Assembly: GCA_965226885.1 (NCBI GenBank)
Contig: CBDDEL010000012.1
Location: 288,001 to 352,000, forward strand
Length of the DNA: 64,000 bases
From: Opitutales bacterium
GTDB lineage: Bacteria > Verrucomicrobiota > Verrucomicrobiia > Opitutales > UBA2987
Direction of reading: 5' to 3'
Every line of letters starts with the position of its first letter. Within the stretch, counting starts at the first letter, position 1. A model generated the notes under the pieces. That model was not told the origin of the DNA. It saw only the letters and a program-made list of their open reading frames with translations, and did no database searches. Shown one piece after another: positions 38,548-48,319 of this stretch. The translations under genes and the position numbers were made by a program.

Positions 38548-40014
38548 ATGAAAATAGACCTCCAAGTTGACGCTCAAAAACAGGCCAACGCGGTCAAACG
38601 CGCGCGCGAACAAAATATTATCATTCCCACCTTCGCGCAGCAAAAAGATCCCTCCCAAGTTCCCGATGATATCAAGAACCGGCTGAAAGAGGTGGGCTTG
38701 TGGGAGGTCAACCCAGTAAACTTGTTTCGGGCCACATGGAAGAACGAACCCACCGCTCAAGGGGGCGGTTTTGGGGGAGTCAACTATATGGAAATCCCCT
38801 CCGAAATTTCCGGAGTTAAGGCGCGCATCTTCGCCCTGGTGGGTAAATGGTTTCCCACTGGCGCCCACAAAGTCGGGGCGGCCTTCGGGTGCCTCGTGCC
38901 TCGTCTGGTCACGGGCCAGTTCGATCCCACCAGCCAGAAGGCGGTCTGGCCCTCGACTGGCAACTACTGCCGCGGCGGCGCATACACCTCCGCATTGCTG
39001 GATTGCGATGCCATTGCCATACTGCCGGAGGGAATGAGCCGCGAGCGTTTCGAGTGGCTGAGCAAAATCGCCGGAGAAGTCATCGCCACTCCGGGCTGCG
39101 AATCCAACGTCAAGGAAATCTATGACAAATGCTGGGAACTGCGCCGGACTCGCGACGATATCGTCATTTTCAACCAGTTTGAGGAGTTCGGAAACTACCT
39201 CTGGCATTACACCGCGACCGGAAGCGCGATTGAGGAAGTGCTGGGGCAGCATATGTCGGCTGGCGATCAATTCGCGTGCTGGATAAGTTCCACCGGCTCG
39301 GCCGGCACGATAGCGGCTGGCGATTATCTCAAGGAGCGTTTCCCACGCAGTAAAATTGCCGCCGTGGAAGCTCTCCAGTGCCCCACCCTGCTCCTCAATG
39401 GCTATGGCGGGCATCGCATTGAGGGCATCGGGGACAAGCATGTTCCCTGGATTCACAACGTGCGCAATACTGACTTTGTCATCGCCGTAGATGATGAGCA
39501 CTGCATGAATTCCCTGCGCCTCTTTAACGAACCAGCCGGCCAGGACTACCTGAAAAGCGTCGGAGTTTCCGATGACCTCATCGCAAAGCTGCCTCAGGTA
39601 GGGATTTCCGGGCTGAGCAATCTTATCGCAGCTATCAAACTGGCCAAATACCACGAATTAACGGAAAAGGATTTCCTCTTTACCGTCTTCACTGACTCAA
39701 TGGAACTTTATGGCAGCAGGATCGGAGAGCTGCGCGAAGAATTGGGCGATTACAACCGGGAAACCGCCATGAAAGACCACCATCGGCACCTCCTCGGAGT
39801 GTCCACCGATTATATGCAGGAGCTTACCTACCAGGACCGCAAGCGAGTGCATAACCTCAAATATTTCACCTGGATTGAGCAGCAGGGCCGAGAACTGGAT
39901 GAATTGAACGCCCAGTGGTACGATGAGAGTTACTGGACGGAGCTGCGACAGGAAGTCCATGAAATCGATGACCGCATCCGCGACTTCAACGCCAAAGTGG
40001 CTGCGGTTAATTAG
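38548..40014 (+). CDS. PLP-dependent fold-type II enzyme (cysteine/threonine synthase-like)
   Basis: FPTGAHKVG, STGNYCRG, NQF, TGSAGT, HRIEGIG. Confidence 0.85.
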   Translation: MKIDLQVDAQKQANAVKRAREQNIIIPTFAQQKDPSQVPDDIKNRLKEVGLWEVNPVNLFRATWKNEPTAQGGGFGGVNYMEIPSEISGVKARIFALVGKWFPTGAHKVGAAFGCLVPRLVTGQFDPTSQKAVWPSTGNYCRGGAYTSALLDCDAIAILPEGMSRERFEWLSKIAGEVIATPGCESNVKEIYDKCWELRRTRDDIVIFNQFEEFGNYLWHYTATGSAIEEVLGQHMSAGDQFACWISSTGSAGTIAAGDYLKERFPRSKIAAVEALQCPTLLLNGYGGHRIEGIGDKHVPWIHNVRNTDFVIAVDDEHCMNSLRLFNEPAGQDYLKSVGVSDDLIAKLPQVGISGLSNLIAAIKLAKYHELTEKDFLFTVFTDSMELYGSRIGELREELGDYNRETAMKDHHRHLLGVSTDYMQELTYQDRKRVHNLKYFTWIEQQGRELDELNAQWYDESYWTELRQEVHEIDDRIRDFNAKVAAVN

Positions 40015-40032
40015 ACGTTTTTTTCCTTAAAT

Positions 40033-41079
40033 TTGACCGATATAATTGGCGAAATGAATGATCGTCAGAGATTTCTGGCCGCCTGCCGATGTCAACCGGT
40101 GGACCGGCCGCCGGTATGGATCATGCGGCAGGCGGGGCGTTACCTGCCTGAGTACCGTAGGCTAAAAAAGAAACATTCGTTTCTCGAACTGGCCCAGACG
40201 CCGGAGCTGGCTGCTCGCGTAACGTTGCAGCCGATGCAAAGATACGAATTCGACGCGGCCATCACCTTCAGTGATATACTGGTAATTCCGGAAGCCCTCG
40301 GCCAGCCCTACCGGTTTAAGGAAACCGGCGGCATCAAGATGGAATACCGCATCGAGAACCGGTCACAAATCGACCAGCTCGACCCCGCCGGGATTCGGGA
40401 AAAACTGGGATATGTTGCGGAAGCCCAAAAAATAGTCCGCCGGGAACTGGGAGACGGCAAGGCTCTCCTCGGTTTCGGCGGCTCACCCTGGACACTGGCC
40501 ACTTACATGGTCGAAGGCGGCCATTCCGACAATTTCCTGCAAATCAAGAATCTGTTTTTCAACCACCGAAACGATTTCGAAGCGTTGATGGAAAAAATAA
40601 CCGCCGCCCTGGTCGATTATTTTAAAATGCAAATTGATGCGGGCATCGATGCGCTGCAAATTTTCGATTCCTGGGGTGCGGCCTGCGCGGGATCCCTTTA
40701 CGAGGAAATGTCGCTCTGCTGGGCGCAGCGCATCATCGAATCGCTCGACAACCGGGTGCCGGTCATCCTCTATGCCAAAGGCATGGCTGCCAACGCGGCA
40801 GCATTGGCCTCAACCGGGGCCAGTGTTTTGAGTGTGGACTGGACGGTCGATCTGGCGAATTTCGCCACACAGGTTGGTCCAAAAATCGCTGTGCAGGGAA
40901 ACCTCGATCCCGTCGTTTTGAATACGGAGCCGGAAATTGTCCGAAATGAAACGCAGCGAATTCTCGACTCCATGAAAGGCCGGCCGGGGCACATCTTCAA
41001 TTTGGGCCACGGCATTCTCCCCGATGCCAAACTGGAAAATGTTGAAACACTCGTGGAAACGGTTCATAATTATTCATGA
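40033..41079 (+). CDS. hemE: uroporphyrinogen decarboxylase
   Basis: PVWIMRQAGRYLPEY, FSDIL, QIFDSW, HIFNLGHGI. Confidence 0.96.
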   Translation: MTDIIGEMNDRQRFLAACRCQPVDRPPVWIMRQAGRYLPEYRRLKKKHSFLELAQTPELAARVTLQPMQRYEFDAAITFSDILVIPEALGQPYRFKETGGIKMEYRIENRSQIDQLDPAGIREKLGYVAEAQKIVRRELGDGKALLGFGGSPWTLATYMVEGGHSDNFLQIKNLFFNHRNDFEALMEKITAALVDYFKMQIDAGIDALQIFDSWGAACAGSLYEEMSLCWAQRIIESLDNRVPVILYAKGMAANAAALASTGASVLSVDWTVDLANFATQVGPKIAVQGNLDPVVLNTEPEIVRNETQRILDSMKGRPGHIFNLGHGILPDAKLENVETLVETVHNYS

Positions 41080-41161
41080 AAATGCCCCAACTGGAACCGA
41101 AGCCTATTACAAAAATAAGACCAGCCGGACCTCCTGCGGCGTGTAAGGACCATTTAAACGT

Positions 41162-42220
41162 ATGCCGCAGAGCGTTGCCAATGCCATGACGGGGAAAGCG
41201 GTCCTTCTGTTGAATCTCGGATCTCCCGATTCATGTTCGGTGGGAGATGTGCGCCGTTATTTGAGGGAATTTCTGATGGATGAACGCGTCCTGGATACGC
41301 CCTGGCCGATCCGTGCCTTCGTGGTTTATCTGTGCATCCTGCCGTTCAGGCCAAAACAGTCAGCCCATGCCTATGGCAAAATTTGGACCGCGGAAGGCTC
41401 ACCCCTGACAGTCATCAGCCGGAAACAGCAGGCCTTGTTACAGGAAAAGGTCGACCTACCGGTACACCTGGCCATGCGTTACGGTTCTCCCTCCATCCCG
41501 GACATTATCTCGAATATCCGCCGCCAAGGGATCGATGATCTCTTCATCGTCCCCCTTTATCCACACTATGCCATGTCTAGTTACGAAACCGTCGTGGAGC
41601 GGGTTGTTGATGAAATTGAAAAGCAAGGTGTCACCCTAAAAACAACGATCTTCCAGCCATTTTATGACGAAGAGGCCTATATCAAAGCTCTCACACAACA
41701 GACCAAGCCTTTTCTGGAAAAAGATTATGACAAGCTGTTATTCAGTTTTCACGGCATTCCTGAACGGCATCTGCGTAAAAGCGATCCCACCCATTGCCAT
41801 TGCCTGGCCGCGCCGGATTGCTGTAAAGGGACCCATCCGGCCCACGCCACCTGCTACCGGCACCAGTGCTTTCAAACGGTTGAAAAATTTGTATCAATGG
41901 CAAATATTCCCTCTCATAAATATGCCGTTTCCTTTCAATCGCGTCTGGGACGCGATCCCTGGCTCAAGCCCTACACCGATTTCGAGCTGGAGCGATTCGG
42001 GAGGGAGGGCGTCAAGAAAATCCTCGTCATGTGCCCGGCCTTTCTTTCCGATTGCCTGGAGACGCTTGAAGAAATTGCCATGCAGGGGGCGGAGACATTC
42101 AAGCAGGCCGGAGGGGAGTCCTTGCAACTGATTCCCTGCCTCAACGACCACCCCGAATTCATTCGCTTTCTAGAGGGGAAAGTGGCAGCATGGCTCGTTC
42201 GCGAAGAACCGGAAAAATGA
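41162..42220 (+). CDS. hemH: ferrochelatase
   Basis: [40 protein letters not shown]. Confidence 0.95.
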   Translation: MPQSVANAMTGKAVLLLNLGSPDSCSVGDVRRYLREFLMDERVLDTPWPIRAFVVYLCILPFRPKQSAHAYGKIWTAEGSPLTVISRKQQALLQEKVDLPVHLAMRYGSPSIPDIISNIRRQGIDDLFIVPLYPHYAMSSYETVVERVVDEIEKQGVTLKTTIFQPFYDEEAYIKALTQQTKPFLEKDYDKLLFSFHGIPERHLRKSDPTHCHCLAAPDCCKGTHPAHATCYRHQCFQTVEKFVSMANIPSHKYAVSFQSRLGRDPWLKPYTDFELERFGREGVKKILVMCPAFLSDCLETLEEIAMQGAETFKQAGGESLQLIPCLNDHPEFIRFLEGKVAAWLVREEPEK

Positions 42221-43062
42221 ACTTTTTAAGTTTCGATGAGAGAACTTTTATCGGGTTGGGCATACTTCTCTACTGCGGGGCTTTCGCCTACGGGCTGATA
42301 GCGCTGATTAGAAAACGGAAGCATCGCAAATTGCTCATGCTGGCCCTCGTTTTGGGCGGGTTTGTCCTGCAAACTCTGGGCTTGTATATGCGGGGGATTG
42401 ACTTGGGCAGGTGCCCTTTGGGCAATCCTTTCGAAAAATTGCAATTCATTGTATGGTCGGCCATTTTGCTCTACCTCGTCATCGGGCCCGCCTTCCGCAT
42501 GAGCTTGCTGGGGTTTTTTAGCTCGGGACTGGCTGCCGTTTTGGGGGCGGCCTCATTTTTTATCAACGCTTGGGATTTGCCCTACCAAAGAGCGGAGTCG
42601 GCCAACAGCGGGTGGGTCGAAACGCACGCCGCCTTGGCCGTTTTCAGCTATGGCATATTCGGCATCCTGGCTCTCACCTCGCTGATGTATCTATTGCAAA
42701 ACTACGGGCTCAAACGCAAACGGTTCGCCGGGCTCTTTACGCTTCTGCCGTCCATTGTGCAACTGGACCAGATGAACCGCCGCCTTCTGCTCACGGGGCT
42801 GGCCATGCTGACGTTTTCTTTTGCCGTGGGGGCGGTATATTTTCGGACCCATTTGTCCGATTTGCAGAGCGCGAAAATAATAGCGACCGTTGCCGTGTGG
42901 CTGGCCTACTCGGTTCTGCTCCTGCTGCAATATACAAAACGGCTGGCTGTAAAAAAATTTGCCCTCGGCTGCATTATACTCTTCCTGCTCGCACTGGTCA
43001 CTCTGTGGCCGGTTACCTCGAGCGGCAGAGCCAAGCCCGATTCCACTCAAATACAACCCTGA
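42217..43062 (+). CDS. cytochrome c assembly protein (CcsA/HemX family)
   Basis: About 8 TM segments, [21 protein letters not shown]; directly upstream of hemA. Confidence 0.8.
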   Translation: MNFLSFDERTFIGLGILLYCGAFAYGLIALIRKRKHRKLLMLALVLGGFVLQTLGLYMRGIDLGRCPLGNPFEKLQFIVWSAILLYLVIGPAFRMSLLGFFSSGLAAVLGAASFFINAWDLPYQRAESANSGWVETHAALAVFSYGIFGILALTSLMYLLQNYGLKRKRFAGLFTLLPSIVQLDQMNRRLLLTGLAMLTFSFAVGAVYFRTHLSDLQSAKIIATVAVWLAYSVLLLLQYTKRLAVKKFALGCIILFLLALVTLWPVTSSGRAKPDSTQIQP

Positions 43063-43069
43063 CCCGGAA

Positions 43070-44113
43070 ATGAAGGGAGAGAATCATCAGGCAACCCTAT
43101 TTCTGCAAGGAGTTAGCCACCAAACGGCATCCCTCGAGGTGCGGGAGAAACTGGCCCTCTCGGAAAAACATATCGAGGCACTTTACCAATACCTCAAAAT
43201 TACCGTTGGTTTGGAGGAATGTCTGGTTCTCAATACCTGCAACCGCATCGAAATTTACGGTTTGGCCGATAAGTCTGGCGGGCAGGATTGGTTCTTGCGG
43301 CAATTCGACAATTTTCCGCATCTGGAGAAGGTCTGGTTCCGGGATTTCGGTTATTGGAAAAGCGGTCTTGATACCGTCCACCATCTGTTCGAAGTCGCCT
43401 CCGGTCTGGATTCGCAAAGGATTGGAGAGACGGAGATATTAGGGCAGGTAAAGAATTCCTATGCCCTCGGAGTGCAAAAAAAGACAGTAGGCCCGGTCCT
43501 GCACAAAGTTTTACAAAAAGGATTTCAAGCGGCCAAATGGGCCCGTTCCAACACCGCCATCAGCCGCGGCCAAGTCAGCATGGGCAATGTCGCGGTGGAC
43601 CTGGCCCGGCGTATTTTCGGAAATCTGAATAACAGCCGCATCCTCGTGGCCGGGATGGGAGAAGTGGGCGAGATGACGGTCAAGGCATTGATCAGCCGGG
43701 GAGTTAAAAACATCACCGTGTCCAATCGTTCGTCGGAAAAAGCGCTCACCCTGGCCAGTGAAATCGGAGGGAGGGCCATCCCTTTCAAGGAATGCCCGAA
43801 TATCCTGCCGGAAATCGACATCATGATCACCTCAACGGCAGCCAAAAAATGGATATTTACCCGTCACATGATCGAGAAAGCCCTTCAACGCCGACCGGAT
43901 AAACCGCTTTTTCTGATCGACCTGGCGGTGCCCCGGGACATTGAAAGCGAGGCGGGGCAATTGCCCGGAGTTTACCTTTATAACCTGGACGACCTCGCTG
44001 AAATCTCCAATGAAAACCTGAAAATACGCCAAAGCGAGGTTGAGGCTTGCCGCAAAGCGCTCTCGAAAAAGTCGGCGCGCTTGTGGAAAACGCTATCCCT
44101 AAGTCATTCTTGA
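43070..44113 (+). CDS. hemA: glutamyl-tRNA reductase
   Basis: HQTASLEVRE, TCNRIEIY, GLDS..IGETEILGQV, DLAVPRDIE. Confidence 0.93.
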   Translation: MKGENHQATLFLQGVSHQTASLEVREKLALSEKHIEALYQYLKITVGLEECLVLNTCNRIEIYGLADKSGGQDWFLRQFDNFPHLEKVWFRDFGYWKSGLDTVHHLFEVASGLDSQRIGETEILGQVKNSYALGVQKKTVGPVLHKVLQKGFQAAKWARSNTAISRGQVSMGNVAVDLARRIFGNLNNSRILVAGMGEVGEMTVKALISRGVKNITVSNRSSEKALTLASEIGGRAIPFKECPNILPEIDIMITSTAAKKWIFTRHMIEKALQRRPDKPLFLIDLAVPRDIESEAGQLPGVYLYNLDDLAEISNENLKIRQSEVEACRKALSKKSARLWKTLSLSHS

Positions 44114-45292
44114 TGCCAGCCAGGAGGCGGGTGAAACATTTTTATGGCCGGTTAATATTTGCCGCAACCGACCAGCCGCTTTGCTTGTATTTTCAATTAT
44201 TGCCTCGTCGGAAACGGCATTTTCAATCTCCTGGGCCAGAAGGCGCGGAATGGCCCTGCCTTGAATGAACTCTGGGTAAACGGACTCCTTGAGCAAAAGA
44301 TTGACGATCCCGATATAGGGAACCCGGATCAACCGGCGGGCCCAAAAATAGGTCAGCGGGTGGGCCTTGTAGGCAATCGCGCCGGGGATTCCAGCCAGCC
44401 CGCAGGTAAGCGACATGGTTCCGGAACTGGTCAATACCGCTTTGGCGGAAACTTCCCCGGTCCCGTCATTGGAAACAAGCTCGATGAGACTGTTGGCGCC
44501 GCATTGGGCGGACAATACTTTTTCCAGCACGGCGCGAATCTCCTCACTGGGGTAGAGGACCACGGCGCAATTTGAAGGGTTCTTTTTCCGGTATTGGGCA
44601 AAGGCCGCCGCCATGGCCGGAAATATTCGGGCCACCGGCTGCACCCGGCTGCCGGGCAAAAGAAGGACCGGACCCTCGGGCACATAGGTCAATTCGGGAA
44701 CATGGCCTTCCTCCAAAAAAGGATGCCCCACGAACTCCACCGCCAATTCGGTATCTTTGAAGCAATCGACTTCAAATGGAAAGATGACGCCCAGGCCGTC
44801 CAGCGTATCCGACATGGCAAAACGGCGCTTCGCTTTCCAGGCCCAAATTTGTGGCGAAATGTAATAAAAGACACCTATCGAACCGCCTCCTTTACGGCTC
44901 AATCCAAGATTTTTCAATTGCCGGGCCAGGCGCAGGTTGAAACCGGGATAATCGACCAGGCAAATGTTGGCCGGCGCATAACTTTCTATCCATTGCAGCA
45001 ATTCCCGGAAGATGCGGCGAAAGAGGCCGTAGTTTTTGAGTACTTCGGCGAATCCGATCACGGAAAGCGATGTCATGTCGTAAAGAAGTTGAGCCCCCGC
45101 CTTTTCCAGTTTCCCACCCCCTAATGCGGCTATTGCGATACCGGGCCGGGCGCGACGCAAGGCAGATACCATGCGGGCCGCGTGCTCGTCCCCGGAATGT
45201 TCCCCGGCGATAATGAGCAAATCCGTCTTGGCTGTTTGGGGTGGAGGAAAAACCGGGACCGGACGTGCTGGAGTTGTCTGCGGCGACGGCAT
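44099..45292 (-). CDS. lpxB: lipid-A-disaccharide synthase
   Basis: AGEHSGD, VDYPGFN, YISPQIWAW, FPFE, VGHP, LLPGSR, SGT. Confidence 0.94.
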   Translation of the reverse strand: MPSPQTTPARPVPVFPPPQTAKTDLLIIAGEHSGDEHAARMVSALRRARPGIAIAALGGGKLEKAGAQLLYDMTSLSVIGFAEVLKNYGLFRRIFRELLQWIESYAPANICLVDYPGFNLRLARQLKNLGLSRKGGGSIGVFYYISPQIWAWKAKRRFAMSDTLDGLGVIFPFEVDCFKDTELAVEFVGHPFLEEGHVPELTYVPEGPVLLLPGSRVQPVARIFPAMAAAFAQYRKKNPSNCAVVLYPSEEIRAVLEKVLSAQCGANSLIELVSNDGTGEVSAKAVLTSSGTMSLTCGLAGIPGAIAYKAHPLTYFWARRLIRVPYIGIVNLLLKESVYPEFIQGRAIPRLLAQEIENAVSDEAIIENTSKAAGRLRQILTGHKNVSPASWLASRMT

Positions 45293-45298
45293 GGAGAC

Positions 45299-46255
45299 TC
45301 AGGTCCGGAATTCTTCCTGTTGAGCGCGAATCTGCTCGGATACCCGAATGGCCAGTTCGAGTGCGGTTTTTCCCAGGGCCGCGCCCACTTTCGGTTCCTC
45401 GTAATGAGCGACGCAATTGACGAAGGAAGCCAATTCCAATTGCAGCGGCTCGCCTTTTTCGATGGGAATCTCCTCCTTCTCCAGGCTCTGGCCGACTTTT
45501 CGCAGCAAATGGCCTTTCTGGTTCATAAAATCGAGCGAAAGGTAGGTGTTGGGCTGGAAGACGCGAATCTCCCGCACTTTTTTCTGGCTCACCCGGCTCG
45601 TGTTGACATTGGCCACACAGCCATTCTCGAAGGTGATGCGGGTGTTGGCAATATCTTCGGAGTCTGAAAGCACGCTGACCCCGGCGCTCTCGAAATTTTG
45701 CACCGGCGACTTGACCAGTTGCAGGATGATGCCGAGGTCGTGGATCATCAAGTCGAGCACCACACCCACCTCCGTTCCCCTGATATTGAAAGGGGCCAGC
45801 CGGTCAGCGGTGATGTAACGGGGCATTTCGACGGCTTCTTCCAGGAATTTCATGACCGGGTTGAAATGCTCAATGTGGCCAACTTGCACAACTCGTCCGG
45901 AAGAATTGGCGGCGGAGAGAATCCGCTCAGCTTCGTCCAGGCTAGCGCATAGCGGTTTCTCGATCAAGAGGTGGCAATCGGCCTCGAACAACTCAAGAGC
46001 CACCTCGCAATGCTTGTCGGTCGGAACTACCACGCTGACGGCGTCGCAAGCCTCACCCAGTTCCTCCAGGGTTGAAAATCGCTCGCAATTATAACTTAGG
46101 GCCGCCTCCGAAGCCCGTTCTTCATCCGGATCGAAAATACCGGCCAACACACAGCCTTCCAACTCGGCATAAATGCGGGCGTGATGACGGCCCAGGTATC
46201 CTACCCCGGCAACCCCGCATCGGACGATTGGTTCTTCATCTGCCATGCCGCACAT
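45299..46255 (-). CDS. Gfo/Idh/MocA oxidoreductase (GnnA-like)
   Basis: GVGYLGRHH, EKP, VGHIEHFNP, VVLDLMIHD, TSRVS. Confidence 0.88.
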   Translation of the reverse strand: MCGMADEEPIVRCGVAGVGYLGRHHARIYAELEGCVLAGIFDPDEERASEAALSYNCERFSTLEELGEACDAVSVVVPTDKHCEVALELFEADCHLLIEKPLCASLDEAERILSAANSSGRVVQVGHIEHFNPVMKFLEEAVEMPRYITADRLAPFNIRGTEVGVVLDLMIHDLGIILQLVKSPVQNFESAGVSVLSDSEDIANTRITFENGCVANVNTSRVSQKKVREIRVFQPNTYLSLDFMNQKGHLLRKVGQSLEKEEIPIEKGEPLQLELASFVNCVAHYEEPKVGAALGKTALELAIRVSEQIRAQQEEFRT

Positions 46256-46294
46256 TAAGACTCAGCCAGTGGCTTTGACAAGCCGTCTGTTCCT

Positions 46295-47002
46295 TCAGGT
46301 TCCGCTCGGATGATTGAGGGCATTTGACAACAAACCGTGGTTGAGCAACAACTGCCTATCGGTTCGGGCGGCGTATTTCGGATTGTGCGTTACCATAACG
46401 AGACTGGAATTTTCTTCCCGGCAAACTTCAAAAATCAGGTCGATCACCCCGTGGGCCGTTTTTTCATCCAGGTTCCCGGTCGGTTCGTCGGCCAGAATCA
46501 GGGTCGGACGGTTCATCAAGGCGCGGGCCAGGGCAACCCGCTGTTTTTCCCCGCCAGAAAGCTGCATGGGGGATGAATTCAGACGGCCCCCCAGACCGAC
46601 CCTTTTCAGCAACTCGCGCGCCCGTCCACGATTGGGCTTGCTCAAATCGCCAAGGATGCGCGCCGCCATGAGGACGTTCTCCTCCACGTCGAGCTCGGGA
46701 ATCAGGTGATAGGCCTGAAAAACCATTCCAATCTCCCGGCAGCGCACCGAGGCCAGTTTCTTTTCGCTCAACTGATGGAGATCCATTCCGTTGAGGGAAA
46801 CGGTTCCGCTGTCAGCCTTCTCCAGACCGGCGATGATGTTGAGAAGAGTGGTTTTGCCGCTGCCGGACTCTCCCCGAATACTGACACTGTTTCCCCTTTC
46901 GAGTGTCATATCGACGCCCTTGAGAACTTCAATCGGGCTGCCCCCGCTGACGAAGGTTTTGGCCACCCGGCGGACCCTCAGCTCTTTTTCGGAATCATTC
47001 AC
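46295..47002 (-). CDS. lolD: lipoprotein-releasing ABC transporter ATPase (LolD-like)
   Basis: GESGSGKTT, LSGGEKQR, ADEPTGNLD; follows a LolC/E permease. Confidence 0.85.
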   Translation of the reverse strand: MNDSEKELRVRRVAKTFVSGGSPIEVLKGVDMTLERGNSVSIRGESGSGKTTLLNIIAGLEKADSGTVSLNGMDLHQLSEKKLASVRCREIGMVFQAYHLIPELDVEENVLMAARILGDLSKPNRGRARELLKRVGLGGRLNSSPMQLSGGEKQRVALARALMNRPTLILADEPTGNLDEKTAHGVIDLIFEVCREENSSLVMVTHNPKYAARTDRQLLLNHGLLSNALNHPSGT

Positions 47003-48224
47003 TGCGCAGGGCCTCCGCTGGTTTCATACGGGCGGCCCGCAGGGCTGGAACAAGGCCGGCCAAGGTTGTCAGGACAAGGGCGCTCAGGGAAATGACGACA
47101 AAATCACTAACCGCATAGTGAACCGGAAGCTGGGAAAATTGGTAAAACTTGACCAACGCCTCCTGGCTGCCGGTCAAGCTGGCGAACCCATAGATAATGT
47201 CGTTGCGGAAAAACAGTGCCACCAGGGCAAAGAGAATTCCCAGCAGAACGCCCAGAAATCCAATGAAAAACCCCTGGAAACAAAAACAGGCCACCAGATG
47301 CCGCGGTTGACCGCCAATAGCCACGAGAAGCCCGATTTCCTTCGTTTTCCGCACGACGGTCAGGAGTTGGGCAATGGCAATGACGAAGGCGGCCACCAGA
47401 ACGATGAAAATAAGGAGAAAAAACATCATGTTTTTTTCCATCTGGAGTATCCAGAGCCAATCCTCATACATATCCAGCCAGGTCATGGCCCGCTTGCCGC
47501 CGGTGAGAATTTCGTTCAGCTCATCCGCCACGACGGCCTCGTCTATGCCCGGATGCAGCCTCAAGGCCACCCCGTGGGCCGCTCCTTGCAGGTTATAAAG
47601 CTCCTGCATGAGGCGTAGAGTGCTGACCATGGTATTGCTGTCGAAATCGTTCCAGCCGGTCTCATAAATCCCGGCCACTTGCAGTTCCCTTGGCAGGAGT
47701 ACCTCGTCATCCTTCAACTTATCCAGCATGAGCGGTGTAAAAACCTCGACGGTGGTACCTAAAGTGGCCCCGATGGAGGCGGCCAGCATACGGCTTAGCA
47801 ACACTGAGTCGTCATCCAGATCGTCGAGACTGCCCAGTTGCAGGAAATCCTGCATCGGCACGACCGAGGGTTCCCGCTCGACATCGATGCCCCGAATAGT
47901 AGGAAAAGCGGGCCGGTTGTTGTGCTGCAGCATGACAACACCGTGGGCGTAGGGAGAAGCGCCTTTTACTTCCGCCATACCGCTGACCGTATCCAGGACG
48001 GTTTGGTAATCATACATAGGGTCGCCGGATTCGATGCGGATATGCCCGTTGGTCTGGACAATTTTCTCCCGGTAGGTCTGCCCGAAACCGCCCATTACGC
48101 TTTGCACGATAACCAGAATCATGACCCCGAGCATAACGCCGCAAACGGAAATCAAAAAAAAGAAGGAGACCCTTTTGCCGGTGGGGAAAAGCTGCTTTAG
48201 CGCCAGATATAGATACCAGGGCAT
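46995..48224 (-). CDS. lipoprotein-releasing ABC transporter permease (LolC/E family)
   Basis: GVMLGVMILVIVQSVMGGF, MEKNMM, KEIG, PALRAARMKPAEALRSE. Confidence 0.88.
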   Translation of the reverse strand: MPWYLYLALKQLFPTGKRVSFFFLISVCGVMLGVMILVIVQSVMGGFGQTYREKIVQTNGHIRIESGDPMYDYQTVLDTVSGMAEVKGASPYAHGVVMLQHNNRPAFPTIRGIDVEREPSVVPMQDFLQLGSLDDLDDDSVLLSRMLAASIGATLGTTVEVFTPLMLDKLKDDEVLLPRELQVAGIYETGWNDFDSNTMVSTLRLMQELYNLQGAAHGVALRLHPGIDEAVVADELNEILTGGKRAMTWLDMYEDWLWILQMEKNMMFFLLIFIVLVAAFVIAIAQLLTVVRKTKEIGLLVAIGGQPRHLVACFCFQGFFIGFLGVLLGILFALVALFFRNDIIYGFASLTGSQEALVKFYQFSQLPVHYAVSDFVVISLSALVLTTLAGLVPALRAARMKPAEALRSE

Positions 48225-48319
48225 TTTAATGATTAAAAAACCGGAAAGCGGAAAATCGGGTCAATGGAATAGTCATCGAATGGTTCGTTCGGGTTCCTCC
48301 GTTCCCAGAATATTCCAGG

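Noticed and set aside
38521..39654. Long antisense ORFs (also 22137-23039, 50742-51719, 52327-53250, 58155-59021, 59066-60010, 61228-62340)
   Set aside because: Shadow frames opposite well-supported genes, with no recognisable motifs; expected from codon bias
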